This document shows positions 1 to 12,092 of a stretch of DNA of 64,000 bases, piece after piece. The position numbers were made by a program, and so were the translations under genes. How positions within the stretch are numbered: position 1 is the stretch's first letter; each line of letters opens with the position of its first letter. Under the pieces are notes generated by a model, which did no database searches, had not been told where the DNA came from, and saw only the letters and a program-made list of their open reading frames with translations. Source of the DNA: Ostrea edulis (Eukaryota); assembly GCF_947568905.1 (NCBI RefSeq), contig NC_079165.1, positions 31,310,001-31,374,000 of the forward strand, given 5' to 3'.

Positions 1-2790
1 TGCTTGAAGATCAGATATGTACTCATGGGTGTCAGACTCTGTTTCTTTGGTTGGGCAACATGTTACAGCTTCAAGAGGCATGGTGATATTCCTACCGAAT
101 ACCATTATATTTGGCGTAAAGTGTGTACTACTGTGAACTGAGGAAGGGTACGCCATCATTACTTGGGGTAGATACTCGTCCCATTTGTTCTGTTCTTTTT
201 CACAATGCATGGTAAGCATTGTTGCTAAGGTACGGTTAAAACGTTCAATATTTCCATTAATCTGGGGCCTCATACTTGTGGTTCTGATTTTGTCTATATG
301 AAAAAGTTGACACATTTGCTGGAAAAGCCGAGATTCAAAGTTGCGCCCTTGGTCAGAATGAATCTGGAGGGGAGTGCCAAAGCGACAAAGGAATTCATTG
401 ACTAAGGCTTTAACAACTGTCTCTGCCTCCTGTTTGGTATTGCATAGGCCTCTGTCCACTCGGTGAAACAGTCGCAGACAACTAGTATATACTTGCTGCC
501 TTTGAGGGATAGAGGAAGAGGACCCATGATGTCAATTTCAATCCTTTCCATCGGCTCACCAACTAAATACTGTCTAAGGGGTACAACTCTTTTGTCAACA
601 GGGTTCCTTCTGGCAGAACATCTAGAACAGGTTCTTATGTATTTTTCTACAGATTCTTTAAGGTTGGGCCAATAAAATTTATTTTTGATTCTTTCCAGGG
701 TCTTCTCAATGCCAAGATGACCAGCAGATGGAATGTCGTGGTAATACTTGATTACTTCAGACTGCTTTGTTAATGGTACAACTAAATGAGTTCTGGTTTC
801 TTTGTCATCAGATTCCCATTTTCTGTATAGCATTCCATCATGGATTTCCAATCTGTCCCATTGTCTCCACAATGTTTTCGCAGTGCCAGATAGGTGTGAA
901 ATATCATTCCAGGCAGGCCTTTCAGAAGAATCATCGAGGGGAGTCATGATTGGCGAAATATTCTGGTCTTGAAGCTGCAACAGACGTATCTCACTTGGTT
1001 CCCAACCTGATACCCAATACCACTGTATTCTGATAGGGGATTGGTACAGATTTCTTAGTTTGGTTTCTGGTAATAATGCACACACGATTTAACTCATGGT
1101 CTACTCCACTGGCTAAATTTTCTTCTTGGTCTGTCTCTGTATTTATGTCCTGTTGGCGATTACATGCTGTACGTGGTTTTCTGGACAAGGCATCTGCATT
1201 GTTGTGTTTGGCACCAGGGCGATGGACAACTGTGAGGTTATATGTTCCGAGTTCTTGCAACCATCTGGCAACCTGGCCTGTAGGGAGCTTTAGATTCCTC
1301 ATCCAGTTGACTGCAGTATTATCTGTTCGAAGCAATACAGGTTGATCATAAAGGTAGGGATGAAAATGCTTAAGTGTACTTATGACGGTCAACAGCTCCT
1401 TCCGTGTAATGCAATAGGATTGTTCTTGTCTACTCAGCGCTTTACTATAGTAAACTACAACTCTCTCCAAGCCATCATCCAATTGTGATAGTACTGCACC
1501 AACAACCATGTTGCTAGCATCTGTGTCTAAAATTAAGTTTTGATTAGGAACTGGGTGATATGAGAGCCTCTTTGAGTCTCTGAAAAGCTTTGGCACAATT
1601 TGCTGTCCACTCAAACTTCTTGTTTTTCTGCCAAGCAAGATGAAGTGGTCTTGCGATGTCTGCAAATGATTTGACGAATCTCCTATAGTACGAGCATAAT
1701 CCTAAAAAGCTTCGTATCTCCTTGACACTGGTTGGCTCAGGCCATTCTTGAACTGCTTTTGATTTGTCAGGGTCAGTGTGAACTCCCTCCTCGGAAACAA
1801 TGTGTCCTAATAAGTTGATTTTCTTTTGAAACAGGTTACATTTAGAAGGTTTTAACTTGAGATTGGTTGTTTGGAGCCTCATGAAAACATGTTCTAATCT
1901 CTGCAGGGCATCTGCTACTGTCTTTCCAGGTACAATGATATCATCTATATAGATAAGGCATTCGCGCCATTGAAGTCCATGGAACACATCTTCCATAAGT
2001 CTTTCGAAAGTTGAAGGAGAATTGGCAAGACCAAAGGGCATAACAGTAAATTGATAGAGACCTTGACTGGTGGAGAAAGCAGTCTTGTGTTTGTCTTCAG
2101 GAGCCATACCAATTTGCCAAAAACCAAAATTCAGGTCCATACAACTGAACCATTTTGAACCAGACCACGAATCCAGATACTCGTCAATACGTGGAAGGGG
2201 TAAGCATCTTTAACAGTGACGTCGTTCAGTTTGCAATAATCGATACAAAATCTAGTGGAACCATCTTTCTTGGTTACTAAAACAATAGGAGAGGACCACG
2301 CACTGTTTGAAGGTTCAATAACATTTCTGTGCAGCATATTTTCTAGTTCTTGTTTCTCAATCTCGCGTTTACCAAAGGGAAGTCGTCTGGGGGGCTGTCG
2401 AATAGGGTTAGCTGGGCCTGTATTGATTCTGTGCTGGACAAGGTATGTTCTGCCTATGTCATCCGAGGACTGAGAGAAGACACCTTTATATTTCATCAGG
2501 AGAGTCTCCAATTCCTTTGCTTCATCTTTCGTTAGATGTTGAGAGCTGCGTTCCAGAAGGTCAGTAAGGTGTTCAGGTAGTTTGGCTGGGATATTATCAT
2601 TGGTACTCTCAGGATGTTGACTTATCCTGCAACACGAGTTGGCATGATGTGTCTCGTAGTATGATTCGCAAGTGCCAAGGCTCATATTTGGGTAAAGAGT
2701 AACTGGAAAATCATTGAAATTTTGTACAACTGCAAACTGGTTCTTAGAGTGGTTGTTGATAATGCCAGAAATAAGTGCAAGGTGTCCATC
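1..2790 (-). pseudogene. pol: Gypsy pol (RT, RNase H, integrase), frameshifted; no protease motif seen
   Basis: ORFs 2131-2685, 1544-2140, 991-1665 and 402-1085; the integrase core continues in a shifted frame to base 1. Confidence 0.9.
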
Positions 2791-2800
2791 GAACTCCGAC

Positions 2801-3762
2801 CTATTGAGTCGACGGTTTGAAGTTTCCCTGGTTGTATGAGCCAGGCATATTGGAGCAACACGATTTGTCAGTATTCTGATTTTGCTGATTCCTAGGACAT
2901 TCCCTCATAAAATGATCTGGGGCTTGGCAAATGAAACAAGCTCTCGTATGTGGATTCTGTCTGCCATTAGGTCTAGATGACTGACCAGACTCTAATTTCT
3001 CAAGCCTTGACAGTATAGCTTTCAAGGTTTCCGATATCTCTGTTTGGGACACACTGGGACTGCCCTGCGTCTTCCTGGGTGCTTTATCATCGCTACCTAA
3101 GGCTCTGACAGGTTGTTTACGTTTTTCTCCGTCCTCCAAATCAGCTTCATATCGCTCAATGACTTCTACTGCGTCAGCAATAGTTTGGCAATCTTTGTCA
3201 ATGTAACGGCATTTCATCTCGAGGGATATGCTTTTGTAAAGTTGGTTAATGGAAAGAGCTTCCTGAGCTAAAGTTTTGGGTAAGCTTTCTGGGACATCTG
3301 TCGAAGATCATCAGCCAAGGCAGCTATAGATTCTGTTGGTTTACGTCGCCTGGATTCAAATTTGGAGAGCCACCGGTTCTGCTGTCGGGAGCTCCCAAAT
3401 CTCTGCTCAAGCTTGGTAATTAATATATTGTACGGCTGTCTGAACTCTGCAGGGAGACTTATGTAGAATGTGCGGGCAGGGCCTCGTAAACATGCTGCTA
3501 GGGCCAGGACCTTCTTGTGATCATTCCATCTTCCAAGTTCAGCACACACTTCAAAATGGGAGATGTACTCCTGCCAATCGTCACTGCCGTTGAAAGGCTC
3601 TGGTTTCAAGTTCAAACCTCGGGTTCCATGTGGTCTCCAATCACCTGCGCCACGTCTATTAAATTCAATGTCAATGTCATCTTCATGATCAGCAATAGAG
3701 TTGTCTGCAACTTCATTGTCCACCAGTATCTTAGCCATAACTTCAGGATCAGGGGATGCCAT
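2801..3762 (-). pseudogene. gag: Gypsy gag, split by a frameshift near 3270
   Basis: ORF 3268-3762 has capsid-like PEPFNG..DW..Y..HFE; ORF 2801-3217 has the CCHC knuckle. Confidence 0.9.
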
Positions 3763-3903
3763 ACTTTACATCAAAGAACTCTCAACACAAGAAGACACTT
3801 GGAAGAGAGAACAAACATCATCAACTTAGAAAATCAACCAGAAACCAAGATACCCAATAATCAGACGAGAGTCCGTATCCTGGAAATTACAAATATATGT
3901 AAA

Positions 3904-3920
3904 ATCCCCTACTGACACAG
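3904..3920 (-). promoter_or_regulatory. Degenerate primer-binding site (tRNA-Leu-like)
   Basis: Minus strand CTGTGTCAGTAGGGGAT sits 2 nt after the LTR end ...TGTTACA and resembles the canonical TGGTGTCAGAAGTGGGAT. Confidence 0.6.
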
Positions 3921-3922
3921 TT

Positions 3923-4529
3923 TGTAACAAGTCGAGCGGTTCCTTGTCACAAAGAAAGACAGAAATAAACACCATATACAAGTTAAAAACAACCAACAAT
4001 TTATTCAGGATGGCTCACAACTCCAAATACAATATGTCAGGATAAAACAACAACACATAGACCGAGATACTGACCCTTCAACAATGCATGACCAAAGGGG
4101 AATGACTCGTGACACCTAGGTTGAAAAATCCTAAAACGTGTATCTCCGCGGTCTAACGCTCTCAGCTTAATAAACATGCAGACTGAAATTATGCTTTGGT
4201 TATTTACTATAGATACTTTAAATATTTTATCAAAAGGAAATATTAAAAGTGTCGATCCGGACAGTCGAAAGTTTAACTGTGATAAAACAGACTTGACCCC
4301 CTCCCCCTTTTTGTTTTATTACCTGTCTTTAACTCCTAAATCACCAGCTAAAACCTGATGTGAATATAACAGTAACTTAATTACTACTCCTGCGGTCATA
4401 AACTCTGACATCTAATCTATACAACTTGACTCTTATGAACTAGAATCCAAACAGGTGATTCTTAAACGTTGTAAAACGTTCCGGACAACATTCCGGACAA
4501 CTAATCATCCAAGTTAAACTACTGTAACA
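3923..4529 (-). repeat. 5' LTR of the Gypsy element; outer boundary uncertain
   Basis: Inner end ...TGTTACA abuts the PBS; minus-strand AATAAA at 4000-4005. Outer end is tentatively placed at tgtaaca 4523-4529; the LTR could be longer. Confidence 0.5.
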
Positions 4530-5943
4530 CAGTCTTCAATAGACTAAAATATTAATAAGAACTATAATAATTTCCTACTTAATGAAATCTAAATTCATGA
4601 CTGAATAATGATAGGGACTGTCCGGACGAATAAAGTCCTTATAGAAATTAGCGTCATTAACTACCAAGTTCATTTTTTATCTACCTTGATTATTCTGCTT
4701 AATGAGATGTGTTCTCTAGGAGAAGATGATGGATACTGAGACTGAGCTTCCTTATATAGACTTGTCCAACCAATCACTGTTTGTCGTTATTGTCCGGATA
4801 AAAGTTATCCAATGAAATAATTGTTCGGATACGGACATTCCAGACAGGACTATCATAAAGAACAAGGTAAGATTGTGTACATAAAAAGGCCCCAAAAAAT
4901 TCTCCGATTTAAATGTGTCTTGAATCAAGCTTGATCTGTGTTTTGAATAAGTTAAATACATGCCAAGTATACTATCTCAACTTAAATCAAAGTTATTTCT
5001 TATTTTATAGCATTATTACGTCACGAATGAGAGTTCTTCCCGCCTTTTTTCAAAAAGAACTTGATAACTGTTAAATTTTATCCAGATTATTGCTTAGGAA
5101 AAGGTGTGCCCATCCGTCGAGCAAAATGAAATTAATATATATTGTGTATCAAGAGAAGATGAAAAATGCGTTTGAATATAAATTTGCTCGACGCATGGGC
5201 TGTATGTTTTCTGAAAGGAAAACCCCCTGAATTTCTGAAAATTTTCATCAAATTTTGCATTTTTTGGCAATTTTATGCCAACTTCACGCTCCTGTCATAC
5301 AACACAAAGCAATTTTGGATCAAATTAAAGGTAGTTTGGATTTGCTTATATATTCCTTATTTAAATGCCAGATTTTTGGACTCCTACTGAAATCATCTAT
5401 TTTCTGGGCCAGATGACTATAGAAAACGTCTCTACTTCTTCCGGACATGTGAATTTTAATGACAATAGATCCATATAAGATATATACAAAGCTTTGTCCG
5501 GATGTAATTAATTAAATAAAGCCTTCATTAATAACTAAAATTCATGTTTGGAAATTGTTCATTATCATAGTATTTATTAGACTTCTAGCATTTCGAATTT
5601 AAGCGCCCTGTGAATAATGCGCGTAGGAATATCGAAGAAAACGAAAGTGAGATACAAAAATTTAGGACTCGGGTTACATGCAAAAATAAGACAGATACGT
5701 GGTTTTATCGGGATAAAATTCATACAAAAAGGTTGGTCAGCATCTGTTTACGGAGCTACTACGGACTTCATTTTATGAATTGGGGTAAGAAATTCATTTT
5801 AGAAATGATATTTTATGCTGCACATTCTATTTGATAGCTTGTTGCAATGCTCAAACACTCTGTGTAGTCGCATAGTGTCAGGGCCCAGCTAAAAGTCGAC
5901 CAAAAAATAATAGGCATTTTTCCGAGTTCATTTCTGCATATGC

Positions 5944-6074
5944 AAGGTGAAGATAACGAACAGTGATCAATCACATAACTCCTACAAGCATACAAAATAG
6001 ATAGTTAGGCAAACACGGACGCCTGGACACACCAGAGGTGGGATCAGGTGCCTAGGAGGAGTAAGCATCCCCTG
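5944..6074 (-). mobile_element. Penelope-like (Naiad-type) element, 3' terminal fragment
   Basis: Reverse complement of the 3' UTR shared by the other copies (aaggtgaagataacgaacagtgatc...gtaagcatcccctg). Confidence 0.8.
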
Positions 6075-7114
6075 GAGTTGGGAAGTATACGGAATTTCGG
6101 GATGAACTTTGGTAGTAATGTAGATTGATTATGTATGAATAAATTAAAATACAAAGTAGAATTTTATATCAATTAATTTATTGTTTTTACATCGGCTAAC
6201 TTGGGTACCCTATATTTTGAGTTCTATACCTTTACTCTTTATATAGTAAATTCGTCCCCAAGCGATGCAATTGCCTATGGTCTGAATTTGTCGTACTTCA
6301 TTTACAGCTGGTGACAATTTTTTTCGACGGGTCGTAAAGCAATCATCAAACAAGCAATCGGTGAGCATTGTATTTCATTACGATAATAAACTAAATTTTT
6401 GTTTTAAGAATTCTTGGCCTAGACATGATACATATTACAGCTTATGATATCAAAATTTCACATTTAAACATGAATTTCACTCATTTTTCTTATTTCGTGA
6501 ATGAATAGAGACTGCATTGTGAAACTAATTTTTGTTTCCTTGACAATTTGCGTTTTGTGACTAGTTCGGATGACCTAATCCACACATGTGCCATAATTTG
6601 GTATCTATTGAATTGACTAAAGGAGATATACACCAGAAAATGAGGCGAAAATATTCCATTAAATCTCACTCTTCAAACATTCGTAACCTGTGTTAAAATC
6701 GAACCACCCAACTCCAAGCTACTGTCCATGTAGCGTAATTTTTTCTCTCAAAGAACTTGTTCTATTTCAAGAAAAAAAAGAGCAACTAATGATGGTAATC
6801 TTTTACTTTATTTATTTAGATTTTTTCCATTTTTACTTTATAGATAGTTTTGTTCCCGATAAAAGAAATTTAAGATTGCTTGATTAATGCATGGTTTGAA
6901 CACTAGATCGTCCAGCCATTCGGAAAATCATAAGATAAATCAGAATTGATTGGCATCAGTATCAAATTCACTAAGTTCAATTACTTAGAACGGTGTTCTG
7001 CACATTTTGATTTTTCATTCATTTAAACATCTATTTCATTTCTATCGTTGAACAAAAATACATTGCATTGTACCAGTACACTTCGTCGACATTAAGACAA
7101 TGCGCTCCATACTT

Positions 7115-7438
7115 TGGTGGACTGTTAGTCCCCGAGGGTCTCTACAGCCCAGTAGCTAAGTACTTCGTTACTAGCTTGAAAATACGGATGTATATTTAAT
7201 TGATGTTATAAAATTTAGAAATTCATTTCAAAATTAAGGATTATCTCCCTCATGCATAGCTCTTATCCTTAGACGAATTTGGCTCCACTTGTTTGGTACG
7301 CTGTTTTTGGCTATATTTAGATCTAAAACTTCGTACTTATTTCGGATTTCAAACATTTCGGTTGAGCATCACTGAAGAGACATTATTTATCGAAATGCGC
7401 ATCTGGTGCATCAAAATTGATACCGTATAAGTGTTACA
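7115..7438 (+). mobile_element. Retrozyme repeat, copy 1 (less than one unit)
   Basis: Reverse complement of the 351-bp unit at 15038-15388; contains a hammerhead core. Confidence 0.85.
7362..7413 (+). ncRNA. Type I hammerhead ribozyme with one stem II mismatch
   Basis: ttgagcatca CTGAAGA gac-attattt-atc GAA atgcgcat C tggtgc-a-tcaa; predicted cleavage after 7403. Confidence 0.75.
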
Positions 7439-7985
7439 TTACATCCACTTTACTTTTAAAATGCTGATCTAAATTTGATTGATGAAAATAGAAACATCAA
7501 CCTTTAAACATAGTTTCCTTTATAATTAATTGAAAATTAAAGTTTACTAGAATTTCATTTCTCATGACGCTGATCGTGTAAGGAAATGTGATTTTAAAAA
7601 AAAGATTTCGAACTTAAAATAAAAATCAATAATATTATTTCCTGTTAAAATGTATTTTTCTTTGAATTTCACTTTTTTGGAGTTGATCATTCATGTATTT
7701 TGAGCAGTCTCGGAGTTTGAATTATCTTCGACTTGAGCATATTTAGAGAATTGAGAGAGTGAATTTTCTTTGAGTTGAGCATTTTAAAATTCTTGGAATC
7801 AAAATGTCTTGTTTCGAAACATTCAAGACAAACTTCCTGAAGAGCCGTAAGGCAAAGGTACAAGCAGGAACTGAAGAGCCGTAAGGCAAAGGTACTAGTA
7901 GAAACTGATCGTTCACTATTATGTGATCAATATGGATTTTATTCTTTTAAATTATTTAACAACTGTGCTATTTAACAACTGTGCT

Positions 7986-8142
7986 NNNNNNNNNNNNNNN
8001 NNNNNNNNNNNNNNNNNNNNNNNNNNNNNNNNNNNNNNNNNNNNNNNNNNNNNNNNNNNNNNNNNNNNNNNNNNNNNNNNNNNNNNNNNNNNNNNNNNNN
8101 NNNNNNNNNNNNNNNNNNNNNNNNNNNNNNNNNNNNNNNNNN
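7986..8142. other. Assembly gap
   Basis: Run of N bases. Confidence 1.
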
Positions 8143-8203
8143 TTTTCAGTGCTTTATATTTTTTAATTTGTTCACTTAGGGCAGTTATGTTCATTTAAGA
8201 GTT

Positions 8204-8425
8204 CAAACACGGACCCCTGGACATACCAGAGGTGGGATCAGGTGCCTAGGAGGAGTAAGCATCCCCTGTTGACCGGTCACACCCGCCGTGAGCCCTATAT
8301 CCTAATCAGATAAACGGAGTTATCCGCAGTCAAAGTCAGTGTGCCAAGAACGGCTTAACAATCGGTATGAAACACGTCAGACAGCATTTGACCCAATCCG
8401 AGGTTGTATTGACGAACTAGATCGT
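8204..8425 (-). mobile_element. Penelope-like (Naiad-type) 3' fragment
   Basis: Matches the family 3' UTR and RT C-terminus in reverse orientation. A short plus-strand terminal piece also lies at 8591-8637. Confidence 0.8.
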
Positions 8426-8908
8426 ATATAGTTTTTAGTTAAGAATAAAATATCTTATGGTTTAAAGTAAAGTTTCTTGCTTATTTTTTCAACACGACCA
8501 GTCGGACTAGTAAATCGACATTTTACCCGACCAGGCCTATCATTTAGTAGACTCAGTCGGTCGGACGTGCCTTAATGTCAAACCCTGCCGGCTTATAGGA
8601 GTTATGAGATTGATCACTGTTCATTATCTTCACCTTTCCTTTAGAACAGATCTTGATACATAGTCATATTGTGATTGACAATCACTCTGATTTAAAAGTT
8701 AACTTTTTAAAAAATGTGTTCATAAGTTTTCTTTGTATTTCCCCCAATTGTAATGTGCAATGTAATTCATTCCTTTAGCAAAGTAATTTAATTAATTACT
8801 AATAAGAATGAAAGTAATGGTAATTGTAATTGAAATGGTGAAAATTCCAATGGAATTGTAATTTAATACATTACATTTTAAAGTAATTGACCCCAGGTCT
8901 GTATACAT

Positions 8909-8915
<7 letters not shown>

Positions 8916-8970
<55 letters not shown>
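8916..8970. repeat. (TA)n microsatellite
   Basis: Direct inspection. Confidence 0.95.
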
Positions 8971-8974
<4 letters not shown>

Positions 8975-9215
8975 GCATCGCGCTCTGAAAATCGGCTTTA
9001 ATGCCGAGTAGTTAGAGCATCGCGCTCTCAAAATCACACGGCCTCTCACCTCTGGTCGGCGCGGATTCGAAAGTTTCCCAGTTTACTTACGAAAGGTCGG
9101 TGGTTTCTTTCCAGGTACATTGTATCTGAGTTCTCTCTCAAAAAAAAACTGGGCGCTACCAGATAACTGAAAAGTTGTTAAGTGTGGCGGAAAGCACCAA
9201 CCAACCAACCAATCA
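8970..9215 (+). mobile_element. tRNA-derived SINE (V-domain-like), degenerate, with partly duplicated head
   Basis: Homologous to the copy at 38787-38991; (CCAA/TCAA)n tail. Confidence 0.7.
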
Positions 9216-9362
9216 ATCAGACAGTTATAAGATGAAATACCATTGCTAAGTAGCGTCAACAGATCACGACGTAAGAAATTGTCCTTTGTGACTTCATGTG
9301 TGTTGACGAAAGCGCTAAAAGTGAAATGTTATTCGAGTTTTGTGTTTCTTGATTTTTATTAT

Positions 9363-9365
<3 letters not shown>

Positions 9366-9401
<36 letters not shown>
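9366..9401. repeat. (GA)n microsatellite
   Basis: Direct inspection. Confidence 0.95.
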
Positions 9402-9404
<3 letters not shown>

Positions 9405-9454
9405 CTTGGAAGAACTAAGAAAACTAGTCGAATATACTGAATCGGCATTGTGCT

Positions 9455-10328
9455 AATTTTCATTTATATGTCGATTCGATATAAGCCTATCCCAATGAAC
9501 TCGAAATAAAACACACTACAGAGTCATCCACTTCTGCTTCATACTTAGATATTTTATTGAAAATGGATATTAACAGCAAACTAACAACTCAACTTTATGA
9601 TGAATGGGATAAATTTCAGCTTCTCCATCGTCAACTTTCCATATTTATGTAGCAATATTCCGCTATCACCTGCATGTGGTGTTAATATCTCTCAACTGAT
9701 TCGACACGCAAGAGCTTGTTCTGCGTATGATCAGTTTTTAAATTGAGGCAGGCTACTGACAAACAAGTTAATGATGCAGGGGTTTCAACAGTCTCGTTTA
9801 AAGTCAGCATTTCGCAAATTCTATGGTCTATATAACAATATAGTTTGCTAATACAACCTATCATTGGGTCAAATGCTGTCTGACTTGTTTCATACCGATT
9901 GTTCGGCCGTTTTTGGCACACTGGTTTGACTACGGATATCTCCGTTTATCTGGCCCCAAGACCACAGACTGAAAATAGATTAAAGTCAAAATTGTGATTA
10001 CTTATATCTTAATTAAGAATTATCTAGCACAGATATTTGAAAAAAATATATATAAAAAAGATTAAATTCATTCATATACTGAAAATAGTATTTGTTTATG
10101 AAAGTTATTGCAAAAGTTAGCTGGATTTGAAATTTAGACTTAAGTCTATTATCATTTTATGGTCTTGAGGCCTGATCAAGATATAGGGCTCAGTCAGGAG
10201 ATGGTCAGTCCTCCTGGGCACGTGATACCACCTCTGGTGTGTCCAGGGGTCCGTGTTTGCCCAACTCTCTATTTTGTATTGCTTATAGGAGTTATGAGAT
10301 TGATCACTGTTCGTTATATTCACCTTTC
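9455..10328 (+). mobile_element. Penelope-like (Naiad-type) RT C-terminus and 3' UTR, interrupted by a MITE
   Basis: Degenerate translation resembling SASYLDIL...LYD...IVNFPYLCSNIPLSPA.GV.ISQLIR.ARAC, followed by the family 3' UTR. Confidence 0.85.
9953..10171. mobile_element. MITE with 3-bp CTG target duplication (PIF/Harbinger-like)
   Basis: TIRs gccccaagacc / ggtcttgaggc; ctg at 9950-9952 and 10172-10174; removing it restores the host sequence. Confidence 0.7.
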
Positions 10329-10489
10329 ATGCAACTACTTGTGTAGATTTTTCAATATTAATAGATAGATAGATAAATGGATAGATAAATAGATTGATTG
10401 AGACCATGAGAAATATTTCCCTACATTTATTTTTTTCAATTAACATTCCTTGCGCATCTCAAATAAGAATTATGTAGAAGAGACTCTGA

Positions 10490-10870
10490 GAGTTATCTTT
10501 GATGAGACCAATGCAAATAGCTGGTAACCTGGTGGCTCCTTGATATCAAAAATGGATCAATGAGCTCATATATGAACTCTGTAGATGAGACCATAGAATA
10601 TTTCCGGTTATTCCGTGGCTCCTGAGGATAAAAAACCTGAATGGTACCATGTATCAATACTGTAGATGAGATAAAGGAAAATGTCTGATTATTATGTAGC
10701 TCCTGAGCATTAAAAGAATGAATTGTCTTATGTATGAATTCTGTAGATGAGACCTGGCTATTCATAAAAAATGAATAAATGGTCTCTTGTATTAATTTTG
10801 TAGATGAGACCATGACAAATAGAGGAGACCTTTCTTTGTTTTAAAATTTGATATGCTGTGTAGATGATAT
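10490..10870. repeat. Decayed tandem repeat, ~80-bp period
   Basis: Recurring tgtagatgagacc and gctcctga motifs about 80 bp apart. Confidence 0.6.
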
Positions 10871-11519
10871 AGTATGCACAAGAACTTCTCGTCCGGGTTG
10901 TGGAAAATAGAATAAAATGAAACTATGAATCATCTTTAAAATCACTTTGAAGTCTGTTGTAATAAAAACTTAATATACGATTATATTGCTTTTGGGGTAT
11001 GTTACATAAACGATGTATTAATTACCTACGCGTTTTAACGTGATTTTAAAGAGCATTCATACTTTTAATTTATCGTGAGTTCCTCCTTGTAAGACTATAT
11101 TTGAAGAACGTATTTCCTGTTTAACTGATATAAAAACAAAGCCAAGTCATGAGAGAATATTCTAGTTTCTTGCATCTATCTGGGCCCAAGTTCCGGTAAG
11201 AAATATATCTATACTCGTCTGTTTCATACATCGACTTCTCCATATCATATGTAACAGTAATGTTTTATTCATTAAATATAATTATTCTTTATTCATAAAC
11301 TGTATTTTTAAATTGAACTTTGCACCTCGTTTCTGTTGCAATTAAGTAAATTTAATAGCGCAAAATGTTAATTATTGTGATGCATGAAGTAAAATTATCA
11401 TACCAGGTATATAGATAACGAGAGCTACGGACATGCATGAAGTAAACAACAATCTCGCGGAAAAAAATTGAAAACCCATTAAGGATATAAAACACGTAAG
11501 AATAACCCATCTTCCGTTT

Positions 11520-12092
11520 TTACTTACTTACTTATCCTCTTCGTGTTAGGTAACAAATAAGGCTTCCAACAGCGTCCGCCAACCAGCTCTGTCCTTTGGC
11601 TTTCTTTCTAATTCAACCCAACTGTATGCGAACTCTTTTATCTCCCTTTCAAGCGTCCTCCTCCATGTACCCTTTGACCTTCCTGATTTCCTCTTGCCAG
11701 CCGGTGTCCACCTCAGTGCTCTTTTTACATGCCTGGTGTTATCCATTCTTAGTATATATACTGAAAATCTCCACCTTCCCTTCTTAATTTCATCGTTGAT
11801 GTTGTTGATTCCTGTTCTTTCTGTGAGTTCGATGTTCGATACTCTGTCCATTTGATGTTCATGATCTTCCTTAGTAGCCTGCCTTCTACTCCTCTCAGTT
11901 TCCTTACAATTTCCCTGTTTGTTCTCCGTGTTTCTGCGCCGTATAACAAAACTGATCTTATGTTGCATTTATATAACCTTATCTTTGTCTTGTACGATAT
12001 TTTTCTCGACTTCCAGATGTTGGACAGTTTATTAAAGGCTGATGTTGCTTTTCCTATTCTAATATTCACTTCTTTCATCTTTCTTCCGTTTT
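11520..12092 (-). mobile_element. RTE-clade LINE 3' fragment
   Basis: RIGKATSAFNKL..IW...KIRLY...SVLLYGAET and WTP.GKRK.GR...TW motifs; (TAAG)n tail. Confidence 0.85.

Larger units (their letters stand above)
1..3922 (-). mobile_element. Ty3/Gypsy LTR retrotransposon internal region, degenerate; 3' part runs off the window
   Basis: Domain order on the minus strand is gag, RT, RNase H, integrase. Motifs: gag zinc knuckle CFICQAPDHFMREC; RT YIDDII; RNase H LDTDASN; integrase H-H-C-C plus DIMGP/SDQG/IERFN. Several frameshifts. Confidence 0.95.

Noticed and set aside
7923-8198. ORFs spanning the N run
   Set aside because: Artefacts of the assembly gap.
10490-10870. CRISPR-like repeat-spacer appearance
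   Set aside because: Eukaryotic DNA; the repeats are short and degenerate, the spacers are homologous to each other, and there are no cas genes.
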